A stretch of 53,477 nucleotides of DNA from Deltaproteobacteria bacterium TL4 (GCA_051382335.1 JBBCAX010000237.1:1-53477); one strand, 5' to 3'; positions 28,896 to 38,547 are shown, counted from the stretch's first letter. The notes: generated by a model from the letters alone, not told the origin. Numbers and translations: made by a program.

Positions 28896-29056
28896 CGGGA
28901 CCTTTCAAAAGTAGTTTACACTTTGTTGTCATTCCCGCGTAGGCGGGAATCCAGTCTTCGATACAGGGCGCTGGATTCCCGCGTTCGCGGGAATGACATC
29001 TCAACGGATGGAACGACAAACTGTAAACTAAAATTCAGCATTTTTGAAAGGTGCCC
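28896..29056. mobile_element. MITE family C, copy 2
   Basis: GGGACCTTTCAAAA ... CTGTAAACT...TTTTGAAAGGTGCCC; core GTCATTCCCGCG-GCGGGAATCCAG ... CTGGATTCCCGC-CGCGGGAATGAC. Confidence 0.85.
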
Positions 29057-30041
29057 TGGCTATTGTTACAATTTTATTTCCATTATCATCCCGTAAGACT
29101 TGATGATAGGCTTTGCGTTCGTCATTGCCTTCCCAGCAACTGTCCTCCAGAACGTATCCAAGCCCTTCCAGCTTTTCTGATAAATCAATCTGGAAGTTCG
29201 CTCTAAAAACGGAAGAAACAAATGAATCCTGAGCTTGATAGACCGTTTCTCTGATTTTCTGATACGTTTCTTCTGAGGTTGTTGTGATTTCCTGTAATTC
29301 CTCCATGGAAAGTTGAAAGGGTGAGAGTTCCAGTCTGGTTTGCATCGTCTTTATTTGGGTTTGAAGGCTATCCAACGCATGATTTGACCAGGTATTGACA
29401 TCCAGTTTCACCTGCTGCTCAGCGCCTTCCATCTGAAAATCAACTTCACAACTATCACGGAACAAGGATTGGGTTTGCTCAAATTTTTCCAGAGCCAGGT
29501 CATGAGCTTCATGCCATGCTTGTTCTTTTTCCTGAAGTTTTCGATCCAGTTGGAGGGCTTTTCTGAAATTTTCCTGAGCTAACGCAATAGCTGCCTCAGC
29601 GACCTTGTTTTCCAGATTCTTTTTTGCCTGAGTCAGTTGTATTTGTAAATCCTCAAGTTCATGAGGGAAAAAGATTTTGTGTGAGGGATGAGTTTCCAGG
29701 TAATGGAGTTCCTGTTCCAGCATCCTGATCCATTCCTTGCCAATAGCCTGCGCATTCTGATATTGTTGTTGGATTCGATTTGTAATTTGATCGATTTGCC
29801 CCTGTAAGTCCTGCCTCAATTTTTTTATATCAATCTGCAAATTCTGATAATGCTGTTTCATTTGCCGATCCTGTTCTTTAAGCCTGGCTTCCAGATGTTT
29901 TTGCTGTTTTTCAAGTCGTTGTTGTTTCTCCTGTTCCTGTTTTTGCTTCCATGCCAATTCCTGAGTTTCTTTTGCCGCTTTTTGCCACTGTTCAACCTGT
30001 GAACGCCGCACTTGAACATACTGGTCATAACTACTACTCAT
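29028..30041 (-). CDS. Coiled-coil hypothetical protein, C-terminus truncated by the MITE
   Basis: Q/E/K-rich heptads; GGAG ribosome-binding site; the last residues RAPFKNAEF are read from the MITE end. Confidence 0.7.
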   Translation of the reverse strand: MSSSYDQYVQVRRSQVEQWQKAAKETQELAWKQKQEQEKQQRLEKQQKHLEARLKEQDRQMKQHYQNLQIDIKKLRQDLQGQIDQITNRIQQQYQNAQAIGKEWIRMLEQELHYLETHPSHKIFFPHELEDLQIQLTQAKKNLENKVAEAAIALAQENFRKALQLDRKLQEKEQAWHEAHDLALEKFEQTQSLFRDSCEVDFQMEGAEQQVKLDVNTWSNHALDSLQTQIKTMQTRLELSPFQLSMEELQEITTTSEETYQKIRETVYQAQDSFVSSVFRANFQIDLSEKLEGLGYVLEDSCWEGNDERKAYHQVLRDDNGNKIVTIARAPFKNAEF

Positions 30042-30109
30042 AATTTTTCTCCGTTGTAAAAGATGTGCAAAAAATAAAAGTGTATTGGCTTACGTTGATA
30101 GCCAGTTGA

Positions 30110-31030
30110 GGTATGGTTCAAAATTAGCACAAATAGGGTGAGGATATTCATTGTATCATAATCTTCGATGGTTTGTTTTTCTTGTAAACGAACTTGAGCT
30201 AGCTTTGTAGAAAAAGAACGTCCTTTGTTTTTTAGTTTGGCTTTAAGCATCTTCTTTTCTACCTCATTAAGATAGGTCATGGCTTTATAGGCTCTTTTCT
30301 CTAAACGAGTAACGACCTTCGTCATTTCCTGAAGACCATGAAACACATCACCAAAACAAGGAATATTCGGCCAGGCAATAGCTTGCCCAGATCTCAGACC
30401 AAGGCCCCCGTCAGCGACAGTGTTATCGGGAGACAGCCCCTGAACTTCCAAGTCCATCAGATGGATTGCCCAAGTTTCTGCGTCCCGATGATCTTCCTCT
30501 GATTACGAAAAAACTCAATCACTCCCCGGTAGGAAGAATGACACAACAAAATCAAACCAAGCACCACTTGTTTCAACCAACGCTTGGTTACAGGCAGATA
30601 AAACAACACCTCCTCATCTCTGGATTTTGGGTTAAAAACATCTTGAAGTGCCTCTTTGGCTTTATCTCTCTGCTGAGAAACAAACCTCTCGGTCATCGTT
30701 GCCATATCCATCCTTTCTTCAAATATATTCTTTAATATTTTTGTCTCTAAGGAATGAGAATTAAATAACTTCCCCTTTGAGACATGGTCGTTTTTTTGTT
30801 TAGAGGCCTGCGATGGACAATGAACGGAGTGCAAAAGCTTGCTTTTGCCAGAAATGACCTGAGTTGGGCAAAAGCAAGCTTTTGCACTCCTACTCCATCG
30901 TGAAATTCCGATAAAATGAAGGGCCAGAGCAAATGGGGAAGTTATTTAATTCTCATTCCTAAAAATATATTGAACAAGAAATATCGATATTGGCAACGTC
31001 TAAATTTGTTACCCTAATTTGAACCAGGCC
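30110..31030 (-). mobile_element. Internally deleted IS remnant: DDE-type transposase fragments with imperfect TIRs
   Basis: Ends GGTATGGTTCAAAATTAG / CTAATTTGAACCAGGCC; fragments VLFYLPVTK...CHSSYRGV and TVADGGLGLRSG...CFGDVFH in two frames; IS family not determined. Confidence 0.65.
30751..30959. mobile_element. MITE family D nested in the IS remnant, TAA duplication
   Basis: Perfect 25-bp TIR GGAATGAGAATTAAATAACTTCCCC; TAA at 30748-30750 and 30960-30962; inner hairpin GGAGTGCAAAAGCTTGCTTTTGCC / GGCAAAAGCAAGCTTTTGCACTCC. Confidence 0.9.
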
Positions 31031-31055
31031 AACAAACGCTCAGGAATCAACCCAC

Positions 31056-31150
31056 ATGGTTCAGCGTCACTATTCAGCAAAAGAGGGAGGATGAGCTTGC
31101 TGACTGCAAAAATAATAATTGTCAGGAAGCTTTGTTTGGAAATGAGTTAT
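31056..31150 (+). repeat. Right copy of the 95-bp diverged direct repeat
   Basis: Aligns to 10292-10386; weaker similarity extends left to the IS end at 31030. Confidence 0.9.
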
Positions 31151-31498
31151 GGTAAAGATGGAACCATCTTTTCTGTTTTTTAGGAGAACCTGGTGGTCCC
31201 TGACAACAAAATGAGAGGCAGCAACATCCTGACAAATCAGGTTCACCTGGTTTTGGATGTCTTTGGGATAACTCGTATAGGTGAGAGGATAGTCTGCCTT
31301 CTGACAACTGACGATCAACAGCACCACCACCACAACGCCCCATTTCCGAAAAAGTGGAAACGGGACGTTGATTGAGGGAATGTAGAAACTAACGTCTGCC
31401 CCCGGAAAGCTTTCGCTCAACCGCGACTTCTGGCATAGGGAGTTGTCCCTGAGTGAGCTCAAATTGTAATGCAAGAATTTGTTTTTGAAAAAACTCAT
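31070..31498 (-). CDS. Small putative lipoprotein (start uncertain)
   Basis: RKWGVVVVVLLIVSC lipobox-like signal; the C-terminus is conserved in the second copy at 10306-10384. Confidence 0.55.
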   Translation of the reverse strand: MSFFKNKFLHYNLSSLRDNSLCQKSRLSESFPGADVSFYIPSINVPFPLFRKWGVVVVVLLIVSCQKADYPLTYTSYPKDIQNQVNLICQDVAASHFVVRDHQVLLKNRKDGSIFTITHFQTKLPDNYYFCSQQAHPPSFAE

Positions 31499-32912
31499 CA
31501 GTTGCCATCTGTCCGCGGACTTGTTTTAAGGAACTGTGTACTGCGGAGTGACTTCGATTGAAGTGTTCTCCAATTTGTTTTAGTGACAAAAGGGTCAGCT
31601 CTTTCAGCAAATACATCGCAACTTTTCTCGCTTTCAACGTATAATTATCGCGACGCTTCGATTTGGCATCTTCCACTGTTGACTGAAAGCAGGAGCATGC
31701 TCTGTGGAGAATTTGATCCTCCAAAGGAACCGAGGAAGTAGAGAAACCCGCTGCCGAGGAAGGTGGCACTTCCAGAAAATCTTCCAGCGTCGTTTGCGCA
31801 AACTCCAGTGAAATAGGTTCACAGAGCAAGGAGGAATAGGCTCCAAGACGGGTTAACGCGCCATCAAGTTTCCGAACATCTGAATAAATATGTTTCGCCA
31901 TAAATTCGCAGACATCGGTTGGCAGCGGAATGCGTTTTTGTCTCGCTTTTACATTCAAAATGGCCATGCGTGTTTCCAGATCAGGAACCTTAATATCAGC
32001 AATCATTCCGGATTCAAGACGAGAGCGGAGCGTTTGATCCAAGGTTTTTATATCCTGAGGAAGAACATTGGTCGTGATGATTATTTGCTTTTCCTGCTGC
32101 CGAAGCGCATTGACGGTATAGAGCAATTCATCCTGGCATTTTTCAGCGCCACCCAACATTTGCAGATCATCCAGCATAAACACATCGACTTCCCTATAGC
32201 GCTTCCTGAAAGAATGCATTCTGTTGGTTCTGAGATGAGAAATGAAATCATTAAGAAAGGTTTCCGCAGAAACATAAATGATTCTTCGTTGAGGGTGCAA
32301 TCTTTGGATTTCGTGCCCAATGGCCTCCATTAAGTGAGTTTTGCCTACACCCATAGAGCCATAAATCACCAGCGGATTATAAATGATGCCCGGATTCTTG
32401 GCTGCGGCTCCACCTACCTTACAAGCAACCTGATTTGTGGGGCCGACAACAAAAGAGTCCAACCGATGATTGCTGTCAAACGTTGGGTTGCCAGGAAACC
32501 GGAGCACTTTGTTATCAGCGGTGTTTGATAGGGACAGTTTCATTTCTTCAGCAGAAGAGTCTAGCGTTGAGTGAGGCGTCTGAGCTGCCTCAAATGAAGG
32601 AAGGCTGAAGGCAAATTCTTCCTGAACCGCGATTTTTTTTGGCAATTGATGTTCACCGACGTGATATTCAATTTGCTTTTTCGTAAAAGGGGAATGCTCC
32701 GGGAATAGCTCTCCCAGAATCCTCCGAAAAAGGGCATCATAATTCTTTTTTATGTCATGTTGAAAAACCGGGTGTGAAATACCCGCGATGACCGCATGAT
32801 CAGAACCAATCTCTACCAGTTGTAGATCATCCAACCATCCTTGATACTCTTCCGGATCCAGAGTGTTCCGGATATATTGCTTAAATAACGACCATTTTTG
32901 TTTTAATATCAT
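31389..32912 (-). CDS. dnaA: DnaA-family AAA+ protein, divergent and probably a paralog
   Basis: YNPLVIYGSMGVGKTHL; LDDLQ; LRSRLESG; PDLETRMAIL; domain IV AMYLLKELT. Confidence 0.88.
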   Translation of the reverse strand: MILKQKWSLFKQYIRNTLDPEEYQGWLDDLQLVEIGSDHAVIAGISHPVFQHDIKKNYDALFRRILGELFPEHSPFTKKQIEYHVGEHQLPKKIAVQEEFAFSLPSFEAAQTPHSTLDSSAEEMKLSLSNTADNKVLRFPGNPTFDSNHRLDSFVVGPTNQVACKVGGAAAKNPGIIYNPLVIYGSMGVGKTHLMEAIGHEIQRLHPQRRIIYVSAETFLNDFISHLRTNRMHSFRKRYREVDVFMLDDLQMLGGAEKCQDELLYTVNALRQQEKQIIITTNVLPQDIKTLDQTLRSRLESGMIADIKVPDLETRMAILNVKARQKRIPLPTDVCEFMAKHIYSDVRKLDGALTRLGAYSSLLCEPISLEFAQTTLEDFLEVPPSSAAGFSTSSVPLEDQILHRACSCFQSTVEDAKSKRRDNYTLKARKVAMYLLKELTLLSLKQIGEHFNRSHSAVHSSLKQVRGQMATDEFFQKQILALQFELTQGQLPMPEVAVERKLSGGRR

Positions 32913-33876
32913 TTCTTTCCGTCATCTCAATTAGGCTCAAATCCTTTGAACCTTAAAATGGATAAAACTCGGGAAGCGTTCCCCTAATATACTTATGACT
33001 GCATTTTCTTGTATAAAGCAAGAGGTCAGGTAAAAAAAACAAGAAAGTTTTTTTATAATCCCCTGATTACTCCCCTAAGAGTCTTGCTGCTTGACAGGAA
33101 AGTGTGCCCCTCGGAAATCTTATTCGAAACTCCATTTCTCACTAAAATCACCCTTTACACCTTTCCTTGGAAGGAGGTATGTCCCTGTGTTGATTTCCAC
33201 CTTTGGAATATCAAAACCGCATACCCTGAAGAGGATGTTTTAAAAGTCAATGCCTAGCCTATCTTTATAAGCATCCAGTCCTTCTCTGTATCTCAATCTT
33301 CAAGAGGCAAAGGCAAGAATAACTTTCACGCCATTGCATAACACCAGTTGCTAACATTCAAATTTACTTTTAAAACACACTCTACGAATTCAAGCCCGAT
33401 TTTTACAACTTGGGGTGCTATGAAATTCGACATCCAGACAGTATAAAATTTAACCGAGGAAATCAACAAAAAACTTTCTTTGAATAATCAGCATGTTAGA
33501 CGCAAGTTCTTGATAGTAATCCCAAAAATAAAATTACTGTAAAATCATTAACTTGTTCCTAATCTCATGAATTTATATGTATTTTGTTTTTAAAAAATCA
33601 TAGAAAAACCGTCCAGAGGGAAAGTTTAAACAACAAAAATATCTTTTTCGTTTAGACTGCTGATGATTCAATTTTAGACTTGAAATAATACAAATGAACG
33701 TGATCATAAGCAGACTATTTCTTACTAAAGAGGCCAATGAAAAAAAATGCGAATTAATCTTGCTGGTAAACGATCAGATTGCTAGAAAGAGGTATGACAG
33801 GTGAAAGCTTTAATGAGTCACTCTCGAAGTGATTAAATGAGACCTTCAACAACAATTAAATCCAAAGAAGCTATCT

Positions 33877-36084
33877 ATGCTGGGCGTCCGTCTTTTTTAT
33901 TACTTAAACCGACTTGATACCTTTGCGGAAAAGCACCGTTTGTTTTCCGCTTTTTTTGCGATTCTTGCCATCATGGTAAGCGTGGATATTTTATTTGCAG
34001 AGTATCTGTACGCACCCTATTTGGAGTTAGCCAAGATTGTGCCTCTGGGAAATACAACCTTGAAAGCGATGATCATGGAGCTCAGTCTGGATTCCTCGGC
34101 AGAGTCGTGGTTGGCGCTTCTCAGCACCGTTTTGGGCACCTTGATCATCGTGATTTCCATTGCGTCTCAAAGTATCCCTAAATTGATTGATTTGTACATG
34201 CAGGATCGGACCAGCTTGTTGTATGTCTGGTTGTTGATTATGTCAGGCGCTCATGCGATTCTGATCAAAATGTATGGTGAAATTGGTTTGCTCCGTCCCG
34301 AAAGCCGGGTCTTAAACATGCACCTTCTTCTGCCCTTTTGCACGGTAATGGCCTTCCCTTATATTTTCTATATCTTGAAATATACCAAGCCTCATAACGT
34401 AATCAATCGTATTTCACAGGGACAGCTCACGCATATTCGGGAACTGGCGGAACATCGTTTGAGCGTGTTGATGAACATTCCCTCGGTCGTTGAGGAAAAT
34501 CAGCATGTCCTTTTTGAATCCTTAAACCAACTGGATGATCTGTTGGAATATGTTTCTTTCAAAGAGCCCAAAGCGGATATCATTCAAGATATGAATTATT
34601 CGCTTCAGGAGTATATTCGTTTGAAGAGCCGTATGAACCCCAATTTTTTCAAGGTCAGTCCAAAAATACGAACCGATATTTCATTCCGGACCCTGCTCGG
34701 TCAATTTAAGGAAATAGAGCGTACGAATACTTTTTATGAACATAAATGTTTTCGTTTACTTGGCAACGTCTATATCAAATTGATGGAAAAGGGAGAGTTT
34801 GATTTAACCTCGCTTTGCGCTTCTCAAATGACGATTGTGGGAGCCACAGCGCTTGAGGCCGGAGATAATGAGTTACTTGATTTAATCATCATCCGTTTTA
34901 ACACCTACCTCCGTTTTGCGATCAAACATGGCATCAAGAATAATGAAGGCCGAAATCTTTATACGACAGCGTTTCACTATGGGAATTTTATAGAACACCT
35001 GGTTCGTCACAAGAAGATTGAACATGTAAAACGTTGTTTTATGTATTTCCGAATTTATGGAACAGAGATCTTCAAGCATGGCAGGAACAGTCCCGCCATG
35101 TATTTCATTGTGGATGTGTTTGCCGCGGAGATGAAAAAAAGTCTGATGCTGGTTCACGAAAAAGACTGGGACCTTGAGTTGCAGCGAGGTCTTTTGAAAG
35201 AGTTTTTAATGATCGACAGCCCTCCTGACTTGAACAAAGATGATCAGGATCGTGGTCAAATGATCAATAACAATGTCCGTATCTTACAAATTGGACTGGC
35301 TCTCTATTATTTGCGCCAAGGCATGATTGAGTTTGTGAAGTTGATCATCAAGGATGTTTTGGATGATGTGGAATCCCTGGGAGAAAAGACCTTTCGCCAG
35401 GTGATTCTCAATACCAGCAATCGGTTGCGTTTTTCGGGTCCTACCTTTTGGGAAGATACGGACCGAGGAAATTTAAATATCTACTATACGCCCGATCAGA
35501 ACCAAATAGATCGTTTTAACGAGCTGCTGAATGATCAACTGAGATTATTGCTAACCAAGCAGGTGGAAACTTTATATAAGCTGACCCCCTCTGAAGCCGA
35601 GTTGCTTTGGGATATGTCGCATCAAGGAGAACATAAGGAAATTTCCGCGGTTTCCAAAGATCCTAAGGCCTTTGAAAGATCTTTGCATGAGTTGAAAGAC
35701 TTGGACAGTTCAAAAGTTAAAGCCTTGATTCATTTGCGAACGAAATTAAATTTTACCACCGATAATCCTGACCTTGTCCCCACAACTTCACGCCAAATTG
35801 CGGTAAATTCGATGCTGGAAGTTCAGTTCCAGGCCTCTCAAACGGATAGCAGAATTCAACAAAAAGCCCGAGTAATTCATAACTACCCCAATTATCTTTA
35901 CATCAAATTCGTCCAACCACTTCCTGATCCGGAAGAGTTCATTAATATCCCCATGATGTTCAAATTCCGAACATTCAAGCGTGGTGTCCTTTATCATTTT
36001 CAATCACAGCTTGAAGACAACCCGGTCGATGGCATGTCTAAAATTCCTCACAGTGAGACTATAAAAATCATATCAACAGATTGA
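33877..36084 (+). CDS. Membrane protein, DUF2254-like N-terminal TM region plus large cytoplasmic domain
   Basis: About four hydrophobic segments (aa 20-170), then a helical region and a beta-rich C-terminus. Confidence 0.6.
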   Translation: MLGVRLFYYLNRLDTFAEKHRLFSAFFAILAIMVSVDILFAEYLYAPYLELAKIVPLGNTTLKAMIMELSLDSSAESWLALLSTVLGTLIIVISIASQSIPKLIDLYMQDRTSLLYVWLLIMSGAHAILIKMYGEIGLLRPESRVLNMHLLLPFCTVMAFPYIFYILKYTKPHNVINRISQGQLTHIRELAEHRLSVLMNIPSVVEENQHVLFESLNQLDDLLEYVSFKEPKADIIQDMNYSLQEYIRLKSRMNPNFFKVSPKIRTDISFRTLLGQFKEIERTNTFYEHKCFRLLGNVYIKLMEKGEFDLTSLCASQMTIVGATALEAGDNELLDLIIIRFNTYLRFAIKHGIKNNEGRNLYTTAFHYGNFIEHLVRHKKIEHVKRCFMYFRIYGTEIFKHGRNSPAMYFIVDVFAAEMKKSLMLVHEKDWDLELQRGLLKEFLMIDSPPDLNKDDQDRGQMINNNVRILQIGLALYYLRQGMIEFVKLIIKDVLDDVESLGEKTFRQVILNTSNRLRFSGPTFWEDTDRGNLNIYYTPDQNQIDRFNELLNDQLRLLLTKQVETLYKLTPSEAELLWDMSHQGEHKEISAVSKDPKAFERSLHELKDLDSSKVKALIHLRTKLNFTTDNPDLVPTTSRQIAVNSMLEVQFQASQTDSRIQQKARVIHNYPNYLYIKFVQPLPDPEEFINIPMMFKFRTFKRGVLYHFQSQLEDNPVDGMSKIPHSETIKIISTD

Positions 36085-36205
36085 GTTGAAGGCAAAATTT
36101 CTTAATAATCTCATCCTCTGAGGCCTCCAGCATAAATCGTCCGCGCCTAAAGCGCTCTACCGTGATGGGTGCTAAAGAGAAACTCATCTCCGCTGAGTCC
36201 AAGCC

Positions 36206-37201
36206 CTAATCAATATAATATCTAAATTCTTTTTCTACTTTGTTTCTCTCAACCTTCAGAACAATTTCCTGCTCGGATTTCAAGGTTTCAAGTAAACTCA
36301 GCGCTTTGGTAATATTATCAATGGGGAATCCATTAATCTCTAAAATGATATCATTTTTGATCAGACCCAGTTTTTCGTACAGGCTTTCGGCTTTGATATA
36401 TTTGAAGGAGAAATAAGTTTTTCCTTCTTTAATGGTGGGGACAACCCTGGCGTCTCTCAAAATTTGGCTAAAGTTGGCTAATTGTTCATTGACCCATTCA
36501 CGAGTATAATGGAAGGTGGTTTTTTCACCACCAGGTGTAGCGTCAGGATCTGTAACTGGAGGTGTATTCTTGACTACCGCTTGCGGTGGTTTTATCGGGA
36601 GGGGACTGGGTGGCGCGCCTTTTTCTGTAACTTCAGAAAGTCGATCCAAAGTTTCCTCTTTTGGGGCCTCCATTTTCAAGATTTCTTCTTTATTCTGATA
36701 AATGAGGGAAACTTCCCTATTTCGAATTTGATTGAGGTAGAGATACTGGGGCTCACAAGTTTCTTCAATTCGTTTCAAATCTTTTGCGGCAAAACATTCT
36801 CCTTTTTGAAAAACCTCATACTCACTTTCCTTCCCCTTTTGACTAAAAAACGCAAAGGAGGTGTTGGGGCTATAGATCATGGTTCCAACTAGCGAGATGT
36901 TCAGTTGCGGTGCACTCACAACCGTGGCGCTGGATGCGTTTTCACTCACAGGTTTATCGACTTCTGCTCTAGTTGCGTTGAAAATATTTTTATCCAGAAT
37001 GAGTTTAAATTGTGACTCGGGCAACGTTTTATCTTGAATCGGCACCGTTTTCTGGGTAACAGGGGGACGAAGTACGGGTTGAGGCAAGGCCAGGATTTGC
37101 TGACGGATCAAATTTCCGGCCAAACTCCCTAACGAGTAGCTCAAGGCCATACCTAAAATAAAAATACTTACGGAGAGTATTGCCTGAAACGAAATTTTCA
37201 T
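36206..37201 (-). CDS. gspC: Type II secretion protein GspC with PDZ domain
   Basis: N-terminal TM; LVGTM HR domain; ARVVP...LYEKLGL...DIILEING PDZ. Confidence 0.8.
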   Translation of the reverse strand: MKISFQAILSVSIFILGMALSYSLGSLAGNLIRQQILALPQPVLRPPVTQKTVPIQDKTLPESQFKLILDKNIFNATRAEVDKPVSENASSATVVSAPQLNISLVGTMIYSPNTSFAFFSQKGKESEYEVFQKGECFAAKDLKRIEETCEPQYLYLNQIRNREVSLIYQNKEEILKMEAPKEETLDRLSEVTEKGAPPSPLPIKPPQAVVKNTPPVTDPDATPGGEKTTFHYTREWVNEQLANFSQILRDARVVPTIKEGKTYFSFKYIKAESLYEKLGLIKNDIILEINGFPIDNITKALSLLETLKSEQEIVLKVERNKVEKEFRYYID

Positions 37202-37311
37202 AAGAATTCTGTGAATAAATTATTAATTTTTAGACGTGGAGTTGAGTCTTTGTCTCAATTAGCGGTATCTCCATGCATAAGTATCAAGCTTTCTTCAAAG
37301 ATAAAAGCGAT

Positions 37312-37752
37312 TTATGGAGTCAGCAGGCGTCTGATTGCGAATTGGGCCGCAAGTTCATAGCCATGGATTCCCAATCCGATAATGGAACCGATGGCAATAT
37401 CAGAAAAATAGGAATGATGCCGAAAGGCTTCTCGCTGATAGACATTGGAAATGTGGACTTCGACAAACGGGATACTGACGCCAAGAATCGCGTCTCTGAG
37501 GGCAATACTGGTATGCGTGAAGGCCCCTGGATTGATGATTAAAAAATCGGCCTGCCGGTGGTCGTGTAGGTAATTAATTATTTCTCCCTCAATATTGGAT
37601 TGGTAGGTCAGGCAAGCAATGGAGTGGCTGCTGAAACACTCCGTAACTTTTTTTTCTACTTCTTTTAAGGTGGTTCTCCCATAAACCTCAGGTTCCCGGG
37701 TTCCCAGCAAATTTAAGTTTGGACCATTGATTAAAAGCACAGTATACTTCAT
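37312..37752 (-). CDS. aroQ: Type II 3-dehydroquinate dehydratase
   Basis: NGPNLNLLGTREPEVYG; INPGAFTHTS; EVHISN. Confidence 0.97.
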   Translation of the reverse strand: MKYTVLLINGPNLNLLGTREPEVYGRTTLKEVEKKVTECFSSHSIACLTYQSNIEGEIINYLHDHRQADFLIINPGAFTHTSIALRDAILGVSIPFVEVHISNVYQREAFRHHSYFSDIAIGSIIGLGIHGYELAAQFAIRRLLTP

Positions 37753-37800
37753 AATGATTTATCCTCATAAAGTTTAAACAGCATAAAAAAGGTTCATAAG

Positions 37801-38547
37801 ATGTCTTATTTCTTATTTGACGGAAAATTGGAAGTCGGAAAAAAAGAGTTTTTGGAGGGGGAGGAAGGAAGGCATATTTTTCAGTCCAGACGTTTGAGAG
37901 AAGGTGACTGCCTGGAGGTACAAGATTTGGAGGGTGAACGCTTTCAAGCCAGCATTTTATCTTTGTTGGGGCAAAAGGTCGAATTTATGGTCAACACGCC
38001 TCTTTCCGTTCCGCCGCCCTCTCCGCTTCAACTTGAGATACTGCTGCTGCTTCCAAAAGAAAAAGCCTTGGACTGGATCCTGCAGAAATCGACAGAGTTG
38101 GGTGTCAGTGAGTTAATCATCATCCAGGGGCAGCATTCACCACAAACGATCAAAAACTCACAAAAAGAGCATAGCTTAAAGCGTTGGGAACGAATCTTGT
38201 GGGAGGCTTGTAAACAATCCGGACGACAATTTCCACCTAAGTTAGCTTTTGAAAAAGATTTGGAAACCCCCCTGAAACAGCAACCTCCCTGTCTCTGTCA
38301 ATGGGTTTTAGAACCCACCAGCTCGGACTCTTTTTCAAACGCAAAAGCTTCCGGGCGATCCGCTTTTTCTTCACATCATCGTGTTTTGATCGGTCCCGAA
38401 GGCGGAGTTAGTGAAGAAGAATTGAATTTGGCTCTAAGTCATAACATGAAACCTGTCTCCTTAGGACCCAGGATCTTACGTGTAGAAACCGCGGTGGTTG
38501 CGATCATTTCCATCTTACAATTTCTTGAAGGCGATTTTGCTAAATGA
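37801..38547 (+). CDS. rsmE: 16S rRNA m3U1498 methyltransferase
   Basis: QKSTELGV; EACKQSGR; IGPEGG; LGPRILRVETA. Confidence 0.95.
   Translation: MSYFLFDGKLEVGKKEFLEGEEGRHIFQSRRLREGDCLEVQDLEGERFQASILSLLGQKVEFMVNTPLSVPPPSPLQLEILLLLPKEKALDWILQKSTELGVSELIIIQGQHSPQTIKNSQKEHSLKRWERILWEACKQSGRQFPPKLAFEKDLETPLKQQPPCLCQWVLEPTSSDSFSNAKASGRSAFSSHHRVLIGPEGGVSEEELNLALSHNMKPVSLGPRILRVETAVVAIISILQFLEGDFAK

Noticed and set aside
10292..31150. Diversity-generating retroelement (RT plus TR/VR-like repeat pair)
   Set aside because: The 9 mismatches are not confined to adenines of one copy on either strand, and the RT has intron domains V/VI and a maturase domain.
32913..33876. oriC
   Set aside because: No canonical DnaA-box cluster was seen, there is no dnaN/gyrB context, and the DnaA is atypical.
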